A program made the translations under genes and the position numbers. Shown piece after piece: positions 1-12,583 of a stretch of 64,000 nt of DNA. Within the stretch, counting starts at the first letter, position 1. Each line of letters starts with the position of its first letter. The DNA comes from Gnetum montanum (lineage: Eukaryota > Plantae > Gnetophyta). The notes under the pieces were generated by a model that worked only from the letters and a program-made list of their open reading frames with translations, was not told the origin of the DNA and did not search any database. The stretch is from assembly GCA_015680685.1 (NCBI GenBank), contig MNCI01003132.1, forward strand, positions 98,380-162,379, given 5' to 3'.

Positions 1-80
1 TATAACTTAGCATTGCTCACTAGAATTGAACCCATGACTTGGAGTTTTAAAATCAAAAATTTTTACCATTAAAATAACAC
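1..80 (-). repeat. tRNA-derived (SINE-like) repeat, copy 1
   Basis: Reverse complement has a degenerate A-box region (GTGTTATTTTAATGG), B box GGGTTCAATTCT and tail TAAGTTATA; homologous to 364-441 and 16171-16248. Confidence 0.55.
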
Positions 81-124
81 CCCATTGTTATGCAAGCTAT
101 TTAGAGTATTTCAATTTTAAATGC

Positions 125-245
125 AAAGAGACATGTGTCTTTCTACATATTTAAAGCATGTTCCTTTTCCTATATGCTTGGCACATGCCGTTACCTACAT
201 GTCAACATGCATGTGCTTCTTTTTACATACTTGACACATGTCCTC
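125..245. repeat. Degenerate ~26-27 bp tandem repeat (about 4 units)
   Basis: Recurrent ACATGTGTC/ACATGTCC...TACATACTTG-like units. Confidence 0.4.
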
Positions 246-363
246 ACAAATCTCACACAGAGCTAACTAAAAGAAAATATACAACAAATATTATAACTTT
301 AATTGTGGGTGCTTTAACCTAAAATAAGTGAATCATAACTACACCCCAAGATTTATAGAAGTT

Positions 364-441
364 TATAACTTAGTGCTACCTAGTAGTATTGAACCTATGA
401 CTTGGGGTTACTAGGGTAAGACTTGCACTACTAGGCTAACA
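364..441 (-). repeat. tRNA-derived (SINE-like) repeat, copy 2
   Basis: Reverse complement reads GTGTTAGCCTAGTAG (A box-like)...AGGTTCAATACT (B box)...TAAGTTATA. Confidence 0.55.
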
Positions 442-2883
442 CCTTATTGTTTATAACTCTAATTGTGAAAAACTAAGGGGCAAACCCTATATTTTTTGGC
501 ACCCTTGTCAAACTTTTAATATAACATCAACTTGAGGTATTTTCCTAAGAGATCACTTTCGAAGTACGTAGGACTAAGTAAAAAGACTTAAGACCCTAAT
601 TTAAAGTGAATGATTTTAAAGAATGTGGTTTGGGTAAGGATATGTTGTAAATGCCCCATAAATAGAGTTTTGTATCACCATTTGTGTATAATACCAAATA
701 ATATATGCATAATTAAATATTGATAAAGACATAATAACTAACAAAAAAACGTGGTAAATATACTATTAAATATATCAAAGATATATACCAAAGCCTCAAT
801 AGTAATCAAAAGCAAAAAAATACAAAACTTTAACAAAATACTTTAATAAGAAGATTGTATCCATTTACAACAAATAATCACACAATTCTATTATTTAATT
901 CATGGAATTAACAATAAGTTATTGAAATAAATTTGACATGTTTTAATTTAAATAAGTAAACTTATGCAAAAGTTTCAAGTTATGACAATGACCCAACCGA
1001 CTATTATTTATGAGTATCTGCCATGGAGTCCTCTTATAACAAATAAATATTGGAAACACATAAAAGAAATTTAGAAAACTTTTCCTTATTCCTTGAAGAA
1101 GAGACAGTACACGCTATAATATTATAGTTTTGAAATAAGGTATTAGTTAGATTTCAGCTCATACTCATAATCATGGTAAATTTTCATTTGAGATTATTTC
1201 ACTTAGTTTAATATACTGAATATTCAACTACATTTTCTTTATTTTGAATCTATGCATGTTTCCAAGATGGTAAAAAAACCCTTGTGCCAGAAAGGGAAAA
1301 ATGTCTGATTGAATAGTATTATAGAGACCTAAAGTCTTCTGATTTATTATTTTAGTTTTATTTTATCTTATTATTTTAGTTTTATTTTATCATATACTGA
1401 AGTGATTATTCTTTAATTATGCATGTTTGCATTAAAGTCTCTGTATACTGTTTTTTTTATTTGTCTGATGAATGTCGAGGGACATTATCGGCGACAGCTC
1501 TCTGTAGTCTCTCATTGGCGCTCAAGCAGACTTTCAATTGTGAACAGCGAATCTGATTTTCGAGCTTTCACAGCCTCCATAAATACGGAGATGAAGCCCG
1601 CAAAGCCCATGAATGAGCGGACCTGTATTCAGTGAGCGTCCTTAGAGCAAACGGCCTAAAGTTGCAGACACTGCAGTAAAATGCGACGTGTAGAGTTGCA
1701 GAACACATGAAAAATGTGCCATTTGCAGGGCTGGTTGCTTCTCATTTGTCGTAACGTTGATTTAAACACTAGTTGATGTTTATTGCTTACCAATCCCACG
1801 CTGGATTGACTGATGGAAATTTACGAACTTTTGACTTTGCAGAGCTCTGCCTCTTTGTAACAATGCGTTGATAATCGCCAATACAACAACACCGAACAAC
1901 ACCGCGTGCGGGTTTTGACAGGGTTCTACGGTATCAAACATATAATCCTCTGTTTTACCAAATCTATTTACTGTTGTACACGGTCTTACACGATTTCTTT
2001 TCCCAAGATATTCTCAGAGTTACCAGAGTCATGGTAAGGGTGATTGTTGCTTTTTTTCAGGTAACTACAGTGATGGTAAAAGATGCTTACTTTATGCAGG
2101 TTGATATATGCTGGTGGAGCTCCAAAATATATATATTAAAATAAAAATTTAGAGTAGAAAAGCATAAGAGTTATGAGAGGAGAAACTCCAAAAAAAAAAA
2201 AAACTTAACAATTTTGGGATATCTTTTCAAGTTTTCATCTTTACAATCAATTCTAAAACCTCTCTTCTTAAGTAGAAAATGTGATAGTCAACGAAAATAT
2301 TAAGGTTAGCGGAGGAGGAGAGAAGGATCCTACCTTATTAATAGAACCAACATTATCAAAAAATATTATATTTTATCGTGATAAATAGCTTCAAACAAAT
2401 TATTAGTAGTTAAAATATCTTGAACATGTTGTCCATTTTGAAGATTTGGCATGTAATAGCAAATAGATAAACTTACTAAATGTTTTTGGTTATAGAGAAC
2501 CATTTGGAAACCATCTTAATCAACAATAGGTTTCTATGAGTCCTTAAGGACAAATATTTGTTTCCCCTTGGTTATTAAAGAATTCTTTGAAATTGATTTG
2601 ATTAGAACCTTTTGCAAATGTACATGTTGTTGAACAATAGTAAAAGAAAATGGTAGTTTAACAAGTGAAACATTAGCAAACAAAATTATTGCAGGCTCCA
2701 TAGCATCTATACAAAAAACCTTAGTATAATCTACAACTTTTGTAGAAGAAATTAATAGTTTTTGTAGTACCTTAGTGCTTATGTGCTTGCATAGCTTTTT
2801 CTGCAACCTAAAAGAACATGAATCAAACATACTATCCTCTAGATGATAATAGTGACATAACTTTAAAGATTATAATAAACAAT

Positions 2884-3738
2884 TGATGAGTGGTGAGGTA
2901 CCCCTACACTCAATCATACAAATACGAGCATTCACGCATGATCTGGTTGAACTCTGCAGATAGACTAGTTGTGGTATCTAGATAGTTACACATTGATTGC
3001 AATTCGCTGTCTTCCCACCTAGAATAGTATTTGCTTGGTCATGTATGGTTTAGTCGAAAATGAGTTGAATGATGTGGTCCTAACTAGTGCTACTCCTAGG
3101 GATAATGGGAGATAAGCTTGATTAAACTAACAAGCAGTAGGAAATGAAGTCTAGGTTATCTTAAGTGCAATGAGCATCTGGCCTTAATCATCCATGCGCA
3201 TCTTGGACCTTGTGTACTACTCTTGGGATTACCAAGCACATATTACTTGAGCACTCCTAGGTATGCTACTGGGTTACCAAGTAGTTACACTTAAATGTTC
3301 ATGATTAAGTCATACTCATTCCGCATTTAATAACAGAAATAGTAAATGACGATAAAGAAATATTAACTAAGAAAGCAATAAATAAAAATAACAATTAAAC
3401 AATTAAAACCAAGTGAATGCTACAATGATGGAGTAATCTTGATCTTTATTGTTAGTCATGTGCATGTCCAAGTACGTCACACTCGAATAAAGGTTCCATA
3501 CAATTACAATCATCACACTGTGGGCATGCACTGGGAAAAAAATTGAAATGAATTAAAACTAACAAAAAGACTCTACTCTAACACAATCTGACTCCCTCTT
3601 CCTATGCACCCAAATGTGTATCTATAGGCTTACACAGGAATCACAATATCGTGTATCTGATATTGTTACCCAGGCCATGATATTGCATACTTGATATCAT
3701 GGATTTGATATTCGAGCCTGGAAAATCATGATTCATCA
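2884..3738 (-). repeat. 3' LTR of element A
   Basis: Starts TGATGAGTGGTGAGGTACCCC, ends GATTCATCA; colinear with 10910-11747; abutted internally by the PPT (minus strand ...CATGGGGGTA). Confidence 0.93.
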
Positions 3739-3919
3739 TACCCCCATGACTGAATGAAAACTCCTCCTTAAGTTAAACAAAATGAGAACAAGTTTAATTG
3801 ATTACATAGTGGATAAGTATGGAATTATTGACTAGCTAGGGATGTATTCATACCATAGTGGAGAATTGAACACAACAAAATTGGGACACAGACACAGAAT
3901 TACAAAATTTATTAGAACT

Positions 3920-6710
3920 CATGTGGTTCCTAGTGGCAGTGGTTCCTCCATGGATCTCTTCCCCTTGTCTTGTGCTCTAGGTTTTGGAAATTGATGTCTC
4001 TAAAGGAGTGCCTGGAGTTTTTCCTCTTCAATTTGGGGATCCTATGCTGTCCATGCTAATGCTCCAATGTTTGATGGAGTCGACACCTCCCATGGATAGG
4101 GCAGTTGTGGAAACATCTGGTTGGCCTTGACATACTAAGCCATAAACAACTGTTGTTCCTCTTCATAGGCTCTGGCTTTGTCCTTGTATTCTTGGTAATC
4201 TGTAAGCCATTGAGCCAAATCTGCTATGACATCCTTTTGTTCTTGGTAGCTAGTCTTGACCACCTCTAATTCAAAACTTGCCACTTCTAATTTTTGCAAC
4301 ATTTTCTTGTGTTCAGCAAACTCTGTTCCATACTTTGCATAGGTGGTAGTTACTTGCTTTTCTAATTCTATTCTTGAGCATCTTGCTGTCAACATGGCCA
4401 AGTTGTCATACCACAAGTTTGCCAGCTCCATGTATTCTGTAAGATCTTGTATTTGCAGGTCTCGACTTTTCAGTTTAGCTTTGTTGGCGAAGGCATAAGT
4501 ATCCAGTATGGCTTGCCAATCAGTGTTTTAAGCACTAAGAGTGTTGATATGGGCCTTGGCCATATGGATTTCTTATCCTATCACCTATTTGTACATCCCC
4601 ACTTAATCTCTAAAGTGTTCCTTGAGCTTCTCATGTCGCTTGGCCTCGTTCTACCATGCGCTTGTTTCAATTGCTATCTTTTGATGGATTGCATGTACCT
4701 CCTCCATTCAGAGGGTTCAATTTTCTTTGGCCAAGCGATTCATATCCTGGTTAACCTTGACTAATTATTCTTGTAATTGCTTAAAATTTTCTTTGAAAAC
4801 ATTCCTTTGTTTTTCTACGGTGGTCAACCAGAGATTGTCAGTGGCAAGTTGTTTATTCTTCTCTTGTAAGGCCTTGAGTGCTTTGACATGTGCATATGTT
4901 TGGGCTTATGCCTTGGAAGCATCCCAATTAGCCTTTTCTTTTTCCTCCACCACTCTTTTATTTTTTGCTAGAAATTTGTTCAATTTCTCTGTGCAAAAGG
5001 ACTCTAACTAGTCTGCAGGGATGAATTGGGATGAATCTTGCTATGCAGCTTATAGGGTGACGAGCTTTTCTTGGAGTCTTTCTAACTTTGCATCTGTATG
5101 CTCGACCCTAAGCTCTACTATGACCAACTTCCCTTTTGTGGAGATGAGGTCTGATTGAGTTGCTATAACATCTTGAGGGATGTCAAATAGGGAGATTATC
5201 ACTTGTCTTGTCTATAACAATCGATCTAGAACATCCTCATGTTTTGTAGAAGTTATCGAGGGATTGACTAAAGTTTGAGCATCGCATGCTCCTATAAAAT
5301 CTACCGATGGCACAATAGGGACATTGAATGATTCTTTTATGTGGTTTATGACCACTTCTATGTCTCCCGATGCATCTTGGTGCTACATGATCACTACTAT
5401 GGCACCTTCACCAGTTTATAATTGCACCTGAAAAGATGCAGCATTCCCAAAGATTTGTGGTGACCAGTGTGATTCCCCTCCTCTTGTTTGGATTGATAAG
5501 TTGTCCCATGTGTGATCAATTAAGACTGTGGGTCATACAACATTGTCTATGACCCTAAAGAGATTGGTCTCATCATGGCTTCCCCAATTGGCCATTTCAG
5601 TGATGGCCCTGAGATGGCTCATCGACGATCAATAGTCCTGCAACGGTGGTGGTGGTTGGTCTTGCTAGCTTGTGCTAGGCCCTGCTTCCTATTGTTGATT
5701 GGGCCTTGTGCTTAGAAGTTGGCTAGGCCCTGTAGTTTGAGGTGCAATGGGCCCCACCATCTATTCTTGTTCAAGCTCCAGTGTCTCACCAGTACTTTTT
5801 CTTGGGGCTAGTGGCTTCAGTGATTTAGCAAATGAAGTATTTTGGACCCTTTTGGGGATGGCATTGGTGTACCCTAAAATTCCAGCACACCAACATAACT
5901 TCCTGATGAAACAGGGAAAGGGTAATGCAATCTTCTCCATCTTGTGTTCTTTAAAGCACCCCAAATTTCTGTAAGATATAGATGGGGTAGGTTGGCATTA
6001 ATCGTGCCCATCAAGATAGCACTTCCTCTAGCCGCATATGTGGAGATTTTGTTTAATCCTTTTGTGGGGAATATGTGATATGTGTTAATTTTAAAGTAGA
6101 TTCTCTCTTCAAGTGTTAGCTCTCCATATGCTTTGCCTTCCTTGCTGTACGTCCTTTTCAACCATATATTCTGCACATTAGCATCAGAACGAGTGGACAA
6201 GTGAGCAACTTTTGGCCCTGTATGTGGAAGATTCAACACCTTTGAAATGGTTTTGGCAGAGAAATCTACAAAATTCCACCAATATTAATGGTTGTGCCTT
6301 CTTCTTTATTGTGCCAAAATTGGTACGTCTTTCCCAAGTACCAATCACCACTTTTAGAGAGAATAGACCATAGTGGGGACCCTTTAAGTTGGTCCCTAAC
6401 TACTTCAGAAGGAAACTCAGTGAAAGGTCCAAAGTTTAAGTTCCACAATTACGGCTACTAACGTGGACCTTTCACGAATTGCCTGAACACATTCCAGGGA
6501 CAATGTGAGATGTTGTTCCTGTTTAGGTGCTCCGCTGTCTCCTCCTTTAGCATGTTCCGATTGCACAGTAATAGGAGGTTCCTGATGGATGCTAAATGAT
6601 TATGCCTCATATTCTGTATGTTCCTCCAAAGACACCTGGCCTCTACCTCTCCTTGGTCATTTGGGTGCACCTTTAGAGGGTCCTCCTTGTTGTCCTCTTT
6701 TAGGGGCCAT
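3920..6710 (-). pseudogene. Accessory (env-position) ORF of element A, ~930 codons, decayed
   Basis: ATG at 6710 begins MAPKRGQQGGPSKGAPK. Fragments FGPFTEFPSEVVRDQLKGSPLWSILSKSGDWY, LPFPCFIRKLCWCAGI and coiled coil MELANLWYDNLAML each have counterparts in 31773-34596. The 3' end is approximate. Confidence 0.75.
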
Positions 6711-7204
6711 TTGTAATCACACGAGGCTAACTATCAGTAAGGTAACTTACAAAATTTAATTTATACCTTACTTCTTGCCTTTAATAAATTCATGTCTTGT
6801 TTAGTGTGATCTAGAGTTAGAGAATTTTATGAAAATGTCCCCTAAAATTTTTTATATTGGGACCAATTTGATTAGGTGGTGTCAAAAATTAATTCTCATG
6901 GTTTGGTTGAAGAGATAAAATTAATTTGGCAATGTGTTTAATATTTTTAAGGTAATTTACCCTTTATGATATCCTTTGGGCAACAATGAATTTTGAAAAA
7001 ATTATGTGCAACTTGGAGTGTACCCTTCCCCCAAGACTAAGTTAAACCCTCCAAGTTTAGATAGGTTTAATCAGAACGGGAATTGGAGCATTAATGATCA
7101 AGTTATGGATGTTTGAATGATAGGTGCGCAAGCTAGAAAATTCATGGAAGAAAATTTGAATAACTCCCCTCGCATGAATAGTGAAAAATGACATTGACGT
7201 ACAC

Positions 7205-7310
7205 AGGGGGGGTCCATATATATAGTTTTCATGGATGCGATATCACGTACCCAATAGCGTAGACCCGATATCATGTCACACTCGATATCGGGTACCCGAT
7301 ATTATGACCC
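7205..7310 (-). promoter_or_regulatory. Putative internal promoter of the accessory ORF (GATATC repeat array followed by TATA)
   Basis: On the minus strand, CGATATCG-type repeats are followed by CTATATATA; the same layout occurs in the LTR (11635-11725). Confidence 0.5.
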
Positions 7311-8719
7311 ATTGAAAATAGGGTACTTAGTAAGATTGATGAATTTTTGAATTTCCAAGGCCAAAAATGAAGGATTTGAGGTTAATTCAAAAGGTCCAGG
7401 GTAACATTGAAGATATCTAAATGCACCAAAAGTATAATGAAGTAGAATCTGGCAATGAAATTCATGAATAGGATGAGGGAAAAGGACATGTTATGGTGCA
7501 TAGGAACGTTGGAATTTAGAATGATGATAGAGGGAAAGATTATTATAGAAATGCAATGGTTGGAGGGTATAAAATGATGTGGTGATGTGCAAAAAGTGAA
7601 AATTACAAAAGTTACGTAAGTGGGTCCTCCCTAGAGTAGGTTCCTACCTATGATGCCCTTACGTAACCACACCTGAAAATGTCCATAGACACTAAAAGGG
7701 GTAAATGTAATCCACACTAGTTCCACAAAACACACACATGTAGATACCACCATGATGAGGTATGAACTCAATGCTACACAAGACACGGGTCACAAATACA
7801 TGAACAACGAGATGGGATGAATCGTAAAAGGGATTGTAGAGATTGGGACATGAGGTAACTGACCCAGGATATGATGAATCTTGAGTGTAGGGTGTGATTA
7901 ATATGTCATTAGCCTATCGCTTCAAAATCAAGACCAAGTCCATTCCTCCAATCAGTGACATTGCATTGTTTCATCCAATGATGGACAATCATAAGAGCAC
8001 CATGACAGCAAGGCATACGATCACTTGGCATTTTGTCTAAGGGATGAGTGATTTGGAATCTATAGCACACATACACATTTTTTTTCTTTTGATATTTTTG
8101 TGAGTTGTTCATCTTGTTTTCTCTTTTTTTTTCTTTCTGGCCACTTTGGCACTTTGTCCTTTCCAACAGTGAACTGGAGAAGCTTCCAACCTTCAGGCAT
8201 GGGTGCATGTATTTACAGTGGGACCCCCAGAATAGCATTGAGTTTCTTTAAGAAGTGCCTTTATTACTCTTACTTCCATTTTTCGTTAGATCTACAAGGA
8301 TCTTAGTATGACCAGGTTGCATGATAGCACCTACAAAAGTCACCAAAGAGAATTCATAAGTCCTGTTGATGCCACACCCTGGCCATTCCCTCTTAGTCCA
8401 TCATTTTTCACTCTGGGCATAATGAGCATAAAATTACATTTAAGTTTTCATGATGACAAGAATATCATTGTACCTAGAGTAGAACCTCTTATTAATAGAA
8501 TGGTGGGATGGATTTGATGAGCTCGATGTCCAAATAATGAGTTACCTAAGACTTGATAGCATAGAACAACACCTCAACCAACGAGTCACATGAGTACGTA
8601 ATTCATATATGAGATTACCTATAAAAAAATAAAATAATAAATAAAAAGATAAAACAACAAATTGAAAGATGAAAAAATGGAAAACAAAAAATTGTAAAAT
8701 TGAAGAAAAGGAAAAACAT

Positions 8720-10778
8720 TTATTAATTCAGCTTGTTAGAATGGATGATATCCTCCATAACTAAACTTTTGAGCATGGCTAGAATTAATAAATAGAAAAT
8801 GTGGATCCATGCATGTTGGAAGTATTGGAGTCTGGTCATATCCAAACTACTAGGTGTCTTTTGATGTGGTGGCTGGAATGTACCCAAATTAGGGTGCACA
8901 CACTTTATTAAAGTTGACATAGTGTGGCAGATTATAAGATGTAGTTGTGTGATAAGGAGTTGACCCACTATGACACCTGTGACCATGAATTGGTATGCAA
9001 GGATCAATATGTCTCCCTATGTGGTTATATTCATTAGGCTACATGGTACTTGGAGTATTGATTGGTGGCCTTGAGAAGGTAATAGAAGGCATTGTGTTTG
9101 AGGAAGTAGATGCATCACAACATTAGACTTATGCTAGGTTGGAGGATGCAATGGTTTTAGAAGCATGTTGTCTTTTCCTTTGGTTGTGCCTAAAGAAAGG
9201 TTGCGTTTGACATTGTGGAGGGCCTCCATTGCTATTGATTGTAGCAAAAAAAGTAATGTTCATGGGTTGGTGCTGTGGTGCAAAACATTTTGGCACAATC
9301 GGTGGCGATGTAGAAGGAGGTGAAGGGTGAGAATATTGGGGGTGAGGAGAAGTGCAAGGAACATGAGGTGGTGATCTTGTGGGAGAGGACATGGGTTGAT
9401 AGTATTTAGGAGAATGATAACAACGTGGTGAGATAGAGGATGTTGACCCAGTTGGGGAAACATGATGTTGAACCTAATAGGTGCTTGGGTTCAAATGGTA
9501 TGAAGGGTGTGACCATTTTGAGGGTGGTGCCCCCACGACTAGAATTTTTGCCACTATGATTGAACATGGTATTTTTGTATGAACTTTGGATTTAACATTC
9601 TTCCCTAATGCTCATGTAAATGTTACAAGATTTGGCATTGACCTTTGGGGTGATCATATAGGAAAATGTTACATTGATACGTATGATTAGCAGTTGAGTT
9701 CATATCCTTGTTCTTTTCAACCCTTCTTTTCGATTTTCTAAGGGTGTTTTTTCCTACTTCTTGGTTCGTTATGGTTCTACCTCTAATAGTGTTGGTGTAT
9801 TCTCCACATTTTTCATGCATCCATTTTGTCATCTTATTAATGTTTGCCTCAATTTCATCTAGTGATTGTAGTATTGGCAAAGATGATTCCACCTCCTTGA
9901 GATAAGTTGATTTCCCCTCTTCATGATCACGGACCTTTGCTAATTTGAGATTTTAGTCTTGTTGAGAGCTTTCAACATTCTCCCATTTAGCCATTTCTCC
10001 TTCTTATTTTGCTACCTACTTAATAAGCTCTTGGAAATGGTGGGTTCGTAGCTTGTAGAGTTGACCTCGGGCATACATCCCTAGGGTTTCCCTTGTTTAT
10101 TTATGGAGCCCATCTATGATGTGATATATTAGCCTTTCCGTAGAGAAACCATGGCCTAGGAAATTGTTTAACAATGAATAGTATCTTTCTAAGGCCATGT
10201 CCAAGGGTTTATGTTTCTCTTGTTCCCACTCTTGGATTTGTCTCCTCAAGGCTGACACTCTTGCATAAGTTTGATACCTTTCAGTGAAGAGTTTTACCAT
10301 TGTCGGTCAACATCAAATTGATTTAGGTCTTAAGGACCTATACCATACTTCTGCTTGACCAACGAGTGTTGTAGGAAAGAGCTTAAGTTTTTGCCACCCA
10401 TTATCAATATTGTTCCATACACAGGCATCATGAAAGGCTTGTAAATGATGTTGCAAATCTAAATCATAGCCTCTTGAAAACTTGGAAAATTTGTTTAAAT
10501 CAAGCTTGGGTAGACAACTTTCCTTGCGATGCTTGCGGGATATTCAAGCAGCCTCTTGTATATGCATTAGGCTCTTAGTGGCCAACAGGGGTTTATCGTC
10601 ACTAGGTAGGTTATGAATTTGTTAGTTGGGACGATGTTGTCTTTGTTTATGTACATAGGAGACCCTTGCATAAGATTGAGTACTCCAAACTTCGTCTTCA
10701 TCATCATATAATTCATTGGTTCATCAATGAATTACCTTACTAGTTGTTGCATTGTCATAGTCTTGTGAGAGAGACATT
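8720..10778 (-). pseudogene. gag: gag remnant of element A
   Basis: KLDLNKFSKFSRG; MVKLFTERYQTYARVSALRRQIQEWEQ...ERYYSLLNNFLGHG; degenerate knuckle CNIFLYDHPKGQC; Pro/Gln-rich tail. Boundaries approximate. Confidence 0.75.
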
Positions 10779-10889
10779 GTGATGAATTGTGTGTGGCTTA
10801 TTTGTAATTAGTTTATCTCTAAAAGATATATTGTTAATGCTTCTTTATAGCGATCTTGGATGATATAACTAATCTAGATAACTAGCACT

Positions 10890-10909
10890 GTCCCTAGCAA
10901 TGATGTCAA
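10890..10909 (-). other. Primer binding site (tRNA-Asp type), decayed
   Basis: GTCCCTAGCAATGATGTCAA equals GTCCCCGGCAACGGCGCCAA with only C>T/G>A changes, and abuts the LTR. Confidence 0.8.
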
Positions 10910-11747
10910 TGGTGAGCAGTAAGGTACCCCTACACTCAACCATCCGAATACGAGCATTCATACACGATTCGGTTGAACTCCACAGATAGACTAGTTGTGG
11001 TATCTACATAGTTACATGTTGATCAGAGTTCGTTGTCTTCCCACCTGAACTAGTATTTTCTTGGTCACATATGGTTTAGTCCAAAGTTAGGAAAATGATG
11101 TGGTCCTAACTAGTGCTACTTCTAGGGATAATGGAAGATAAGCTTGATTAAACTAATAAGCAGTAGGAAATGAAGTCTAAGCTAGCCTAAGTGCAATAAG
11201 CATCCGACCTTAATCAACCATGTGCATCTTGGACCTCGTGTACTACTCCTGGGATTACCAAGTGCATATTACTTGAGCACTCATAGATATGCTACTGGGT
11301 TACCAAGTAGTTAAACTTAGATGTTCATGATTAAGTTGTACTCATTCCACATTTAATAATAGGAATAGTAAATGATGGTAAATAAATATTAAATAAGAAA
11401 TAAATAAATAACAATAACGATTAAATGATTAAAACTAAGTGAATGCTGCAATGATGGAGTAATCTCGATCTTTATTGCTGGTCATGTGTGTGTCCAAGTA
11501 CGTCATACTCGAACAAAGGTTTCGTACAATTACAATCATCACACTGCGGGCATGCACTGGGGAAAGAATTGAAATTGGCAAAAAGACTCTACTCTAACAC
11601 TATCTGGCTCCTTCTTCCTATGCACCCAAATGTGTATTTATAGGCTTACATAGGAATCACGATATCGTGTATTTGATATCATCACCTAGACTGCGATATC
11701 ATGTACCTGATATCGCGGATCCGATACTGGCAAATCATGATTTATCA
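10910..11747 (-). repeat. 5' LTR of element A
   Basis: Homologous to 2884-3738; TATA (minus strand CCTATAAATA) near 11635-11645. Confidence 0.93.
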
Positions 11748-12583
11748 ACAATGTTCTACACATAATTAATTCCACTAGGATGTAGAAAATTTCTCACTTA
11801 TGCAAATTAAGATCCACTTGAATTATATATTGAATTCTACAAAAACTACTAGTTGTAGCTAGGGTTGCAAATGCTTTATTAGCCTAATTTAAGAAATAAT
11901 ATCTTTTTCAACTGTTTCAAAAATCAATGGAAGATTCAATAATTCAACAAAATAAGTAACCCTTCAAAATTCAAGTGATGTTGGATTAAAATAAGGAGTT
12001 CATTTTTGAGTAATTAATAAAGCATATCGATGATTAAAAACACCAATATCAATGGCCTTAAAAACCATCCTGAATTAACAAATTCTACCAACAAAAATGA
12101 GTTCGATAAATAACGTGCATAGATCGCACCTACTCCTATATCTTTATAAACTAGATTTAAATGACTCAATAAACTTTCACTCATCTATTACCTTCTACAA
12201 AGTAACATGAACATTATATTGTGACTCCTAATGATAATCTTTACTTTTAACAAATGAACTTTAAATTTATGCCTTAGATGCAATAGATTCTCCAAGTCTT
12301 TATACTAAATAAAGCTTTAATGTGACAATGATCTGTAAAGTTTTAGTGTGGTGGATGAAAATATTTTAAGAGTAAAATAGAAGATCAATGGAACAAATGC
12401 ATCTTAAATTCCAGCCATTGGTCCATTCTCCATCGTACTATTATAAATTAATTAACCATGTATGAAAGTTAAGGAAAAGGGTAGGTCTCCATTTTAAACA
12501 CACAATGATTTATAAATTTACGTGTGGTGAGTGAAACGTAATATCCTTTCTTTGTACTGTTATAAATTAACAACCAAAATAAT

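Larger units (their letters stand above)
2884..11747 (-). mobile_element. Athila-like Ty3/gypsy LTR retrotransposon, pol-less (element A)
   Basis: Direct LTRs with TG...CA ends at 2884-3738 and 10910-11747. Perfect 5 bp TSD ACAAT at 2879-2883 and 11748-11752. Decayed tRNA-Asp PBS and PPT present. gag and accessory ORF remnants on the minus strand; no RT/RH/INT motifs found. Confidence 0.92.

Noticed and set aside
1-80. Functional tRNA genes (also 364-441 and 16171-16248)
   Set aside because: Stems do not pair and boxes are degenerate; treated as tRNA-derived repeats.
470-665. Possible MITE with GGGGCA...TGCCCC ends
   Set aside because: Inverted match is too short and no TSD is evident.
1423-1635. 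70 aa ORF as a host gene
   Set aside because: No recognisable domain or supporting gene structure.
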